Part shown: piece after piece, positions 62,397 to 64,000 of the stretch
Position numbering within the stretch: position 1 is the stretch's first letter
Layout: each line of letters opens with the position of its first letter
From: Camelus ferus
Lineage: Eukaryota
Direction: 5' to 3'
DNA: 64,000 nucleotides
NCBI RefSeq assembly: GCF_009834535.1
Contig: NC_045702.1
Span: forward strand, 74,152,001 to 74,216,000
Position numbers and translations under genes: made by a program
Notes under the pieces: generated by a model
Told to the model about the DNA's origin: nothing
The model's input: the letters and a program-made list of their open reading frames with translations, nothing else
Database searches by the model: none

Positions 62397-63388
62397 CTTT
62401 TAAAAGTAATGAAAATTATCCGGTTACCCAGCATCTGAGCAAACATCTATCTGCCTAAAAATCACATTAGAAGTAATTTTACTCACCATTTTGATTATAT
62501 TTGTTTTGAACCTCATGAATGATTTCTTTCAAAGTTAAATGCAACTTAGGATTTCTGACCTCTTCAATAAAGGCATAACAACGATACTGCATGTGTTAAA
62601 CATTTTACATTAGATTTGAACTCTGATTTTTAAACTAATGCTCTTTTCTATCTCCTACATTTTAAGTGTTTCCCTTCTCTGTGTTAATATTGATCTCGTA
62701 CCAAAAAGCATTAGTAAAAATTTCCAGGCTTTTTTGTAGGAGCTTTGTGATTTGACAAAATCAGATGCAAATAATCTATCCAGTTTATGGTTAACCTGAG
62801 TCACACATAGGAATTAAAAATTAGGGAGTTCTTTCATATTTGGAATATCTCATTCTTGGCACTCCTTAATTCCCCCTTTCTTATTAATACTACATCTCTA
62901 ACTTATGCACTCTCCCCAGATGTCCTCCACCCCAGATTCCTAGCAGGTCTTTGTTTCTCGTGACTCAGTATCTGGGAAGTGTTTGATTTACGACAGAGAA
63001 GCCTTCTTACACTCAGAAAGTCTACACACGACTAGCAACTAAGTGAGGGATCCACTGAGCCTGCTCGGGTCCTTCTGCGTACTACTCTCCTCCACTGCTG
63101 CTGCAAGAGGCTTAAAACTGGTGATCCTGTGATCTGGAACTAATAAGCTTTCCCCATAGAATCTGTAGACGATGTAACGTTTGTCAGGTTGTAAACGACG
63201 ATGAGGAATACTTACATAGTGGTATGTAATAGGCATATATTATATATATTCATATTCATATATGTAATAGTATCTTACTCTATACTAAGGTTTTGGTGCC
63301 TTGGAATTAAGCCACCCCCAACATACTTTTGAAATACAACCATTCAAGAGGTGAAAGCAATGCAAAGTGTGATGATCCTTCTGTTTAC

Positions 63389-63867
63389 TGTCTATGATAG
63401 ATTGCAAAAAAAAAAAGGGACATAAATTCCTCCTCTTTCTGTATGCGTGCCTCTTTGCAACGTGTCTTTGTCATTCTTCCCATTAAGAGGTAGGGCCTGT
63501 ATCTTTCCCCCTTGATTCTGGATGTGGCCGTGTGACTTGCTTTGACCAGTGAGATGTTACCAGCAGTGGTTTAAGCAGAGGCTGGAAAAGTGCTTGTGCT
63601 GGGGATTGCCGTCTCTTGAGACTGTTCATCTCTTTCTTGAGGCTGGAAACCCTTCCACCATCATTAGACTAACTAGTGACATGTGACTTTAGACCAACTA
63701 GCCTACCAACTGGCTGTCATATGAATAAAGCCATCGTGGGCCATCCAGCCCCAACTGAGCCAGCTCAGACCTATGATATCAAAACTGTGGAAAGTAAAAA
63801 AATGGCTGTTGTTTTAAGCCATTATGTTTTGGGGTAGTTTGTTCTGCAGGAATCAATAAGTGATCCA
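63389..63867 (+). mobile_element. MLT1-type (MaLR) LTR
   Basis: gtgacttgctttgaccagtgagatg...gttttaagccattatgttttggggtagtttgtt. Confidence 0.8.
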
Positions 63868-64000
63868 TTTTTATAAAAATTTCTTGTAAAAAGCTTGAGA
63901 CGTTCGGGAAGCTATGAGAGTAATGGCTATAACAAAAATAATGTTTTTAAGTGCCAACCACAGAATCCTCTTTTCTCCTGAAAACAAAGCAGATATTGTC

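Noticed and set aside
63030-63240. CpG-retaining stretch with 65-aa minus ORF
   Set aside because: No recognisable homology or splice signals; may be an unrecognised repeat.
62526-64000. FGL2 (nested in human CCDC146) or CCDC146 exon 5
   Set aside because: No matching coding sequence seen; both should lie beyond the window end.

Overview
Mammalian (camelid-like; a Vic-1-type tRNA-derived SINE and artiodactyl L1 3' ends are present) genomic window holding two convergent, tail-to-tail genes. On +: the 3' half of GSAP (gamma-secretase activating protein; 12 coding exons found, 2657-31240, ending ...EEAALKHTTMLLGL*), with one expected 96-nt exon not visible and probably hidden in the N gap at 19345-19485. 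On -: the 3' three-quarters of CCDC146 (14 coding exons, 62396-33995, ending ...[12 protein letters not shown]). Exon numbers follow the human genes as recalled and are approximate. The synteny GSAP/CCDC146 matches human 7q11.23 from memory. Most other ORFs in the track are noise in introns and repeats. The most unusual object is a ~1.15-kb insert in CCDC146 intron 11 (48598-49735, - strand): a 5'-truncated intronless PCBD1 copy with its A-tail, a 40-nt G-rich linker, then a 5'-truncated intronless colipase (CLPS) copy with ATTAAA and a short A-tail. The whole insert is bracketed by a degenerate direct repeat, consistent with a chimeric retrocopy of two pancreas-enriched mRNAs. CCDC146 also shows two +1 insertions (exon 15 and the start of exon 16) that are either sequencing errors or real disrupting variants. 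No prokaryotic-type systems (CRISPR etc.), rRNA or functional tRNA genes were seen.
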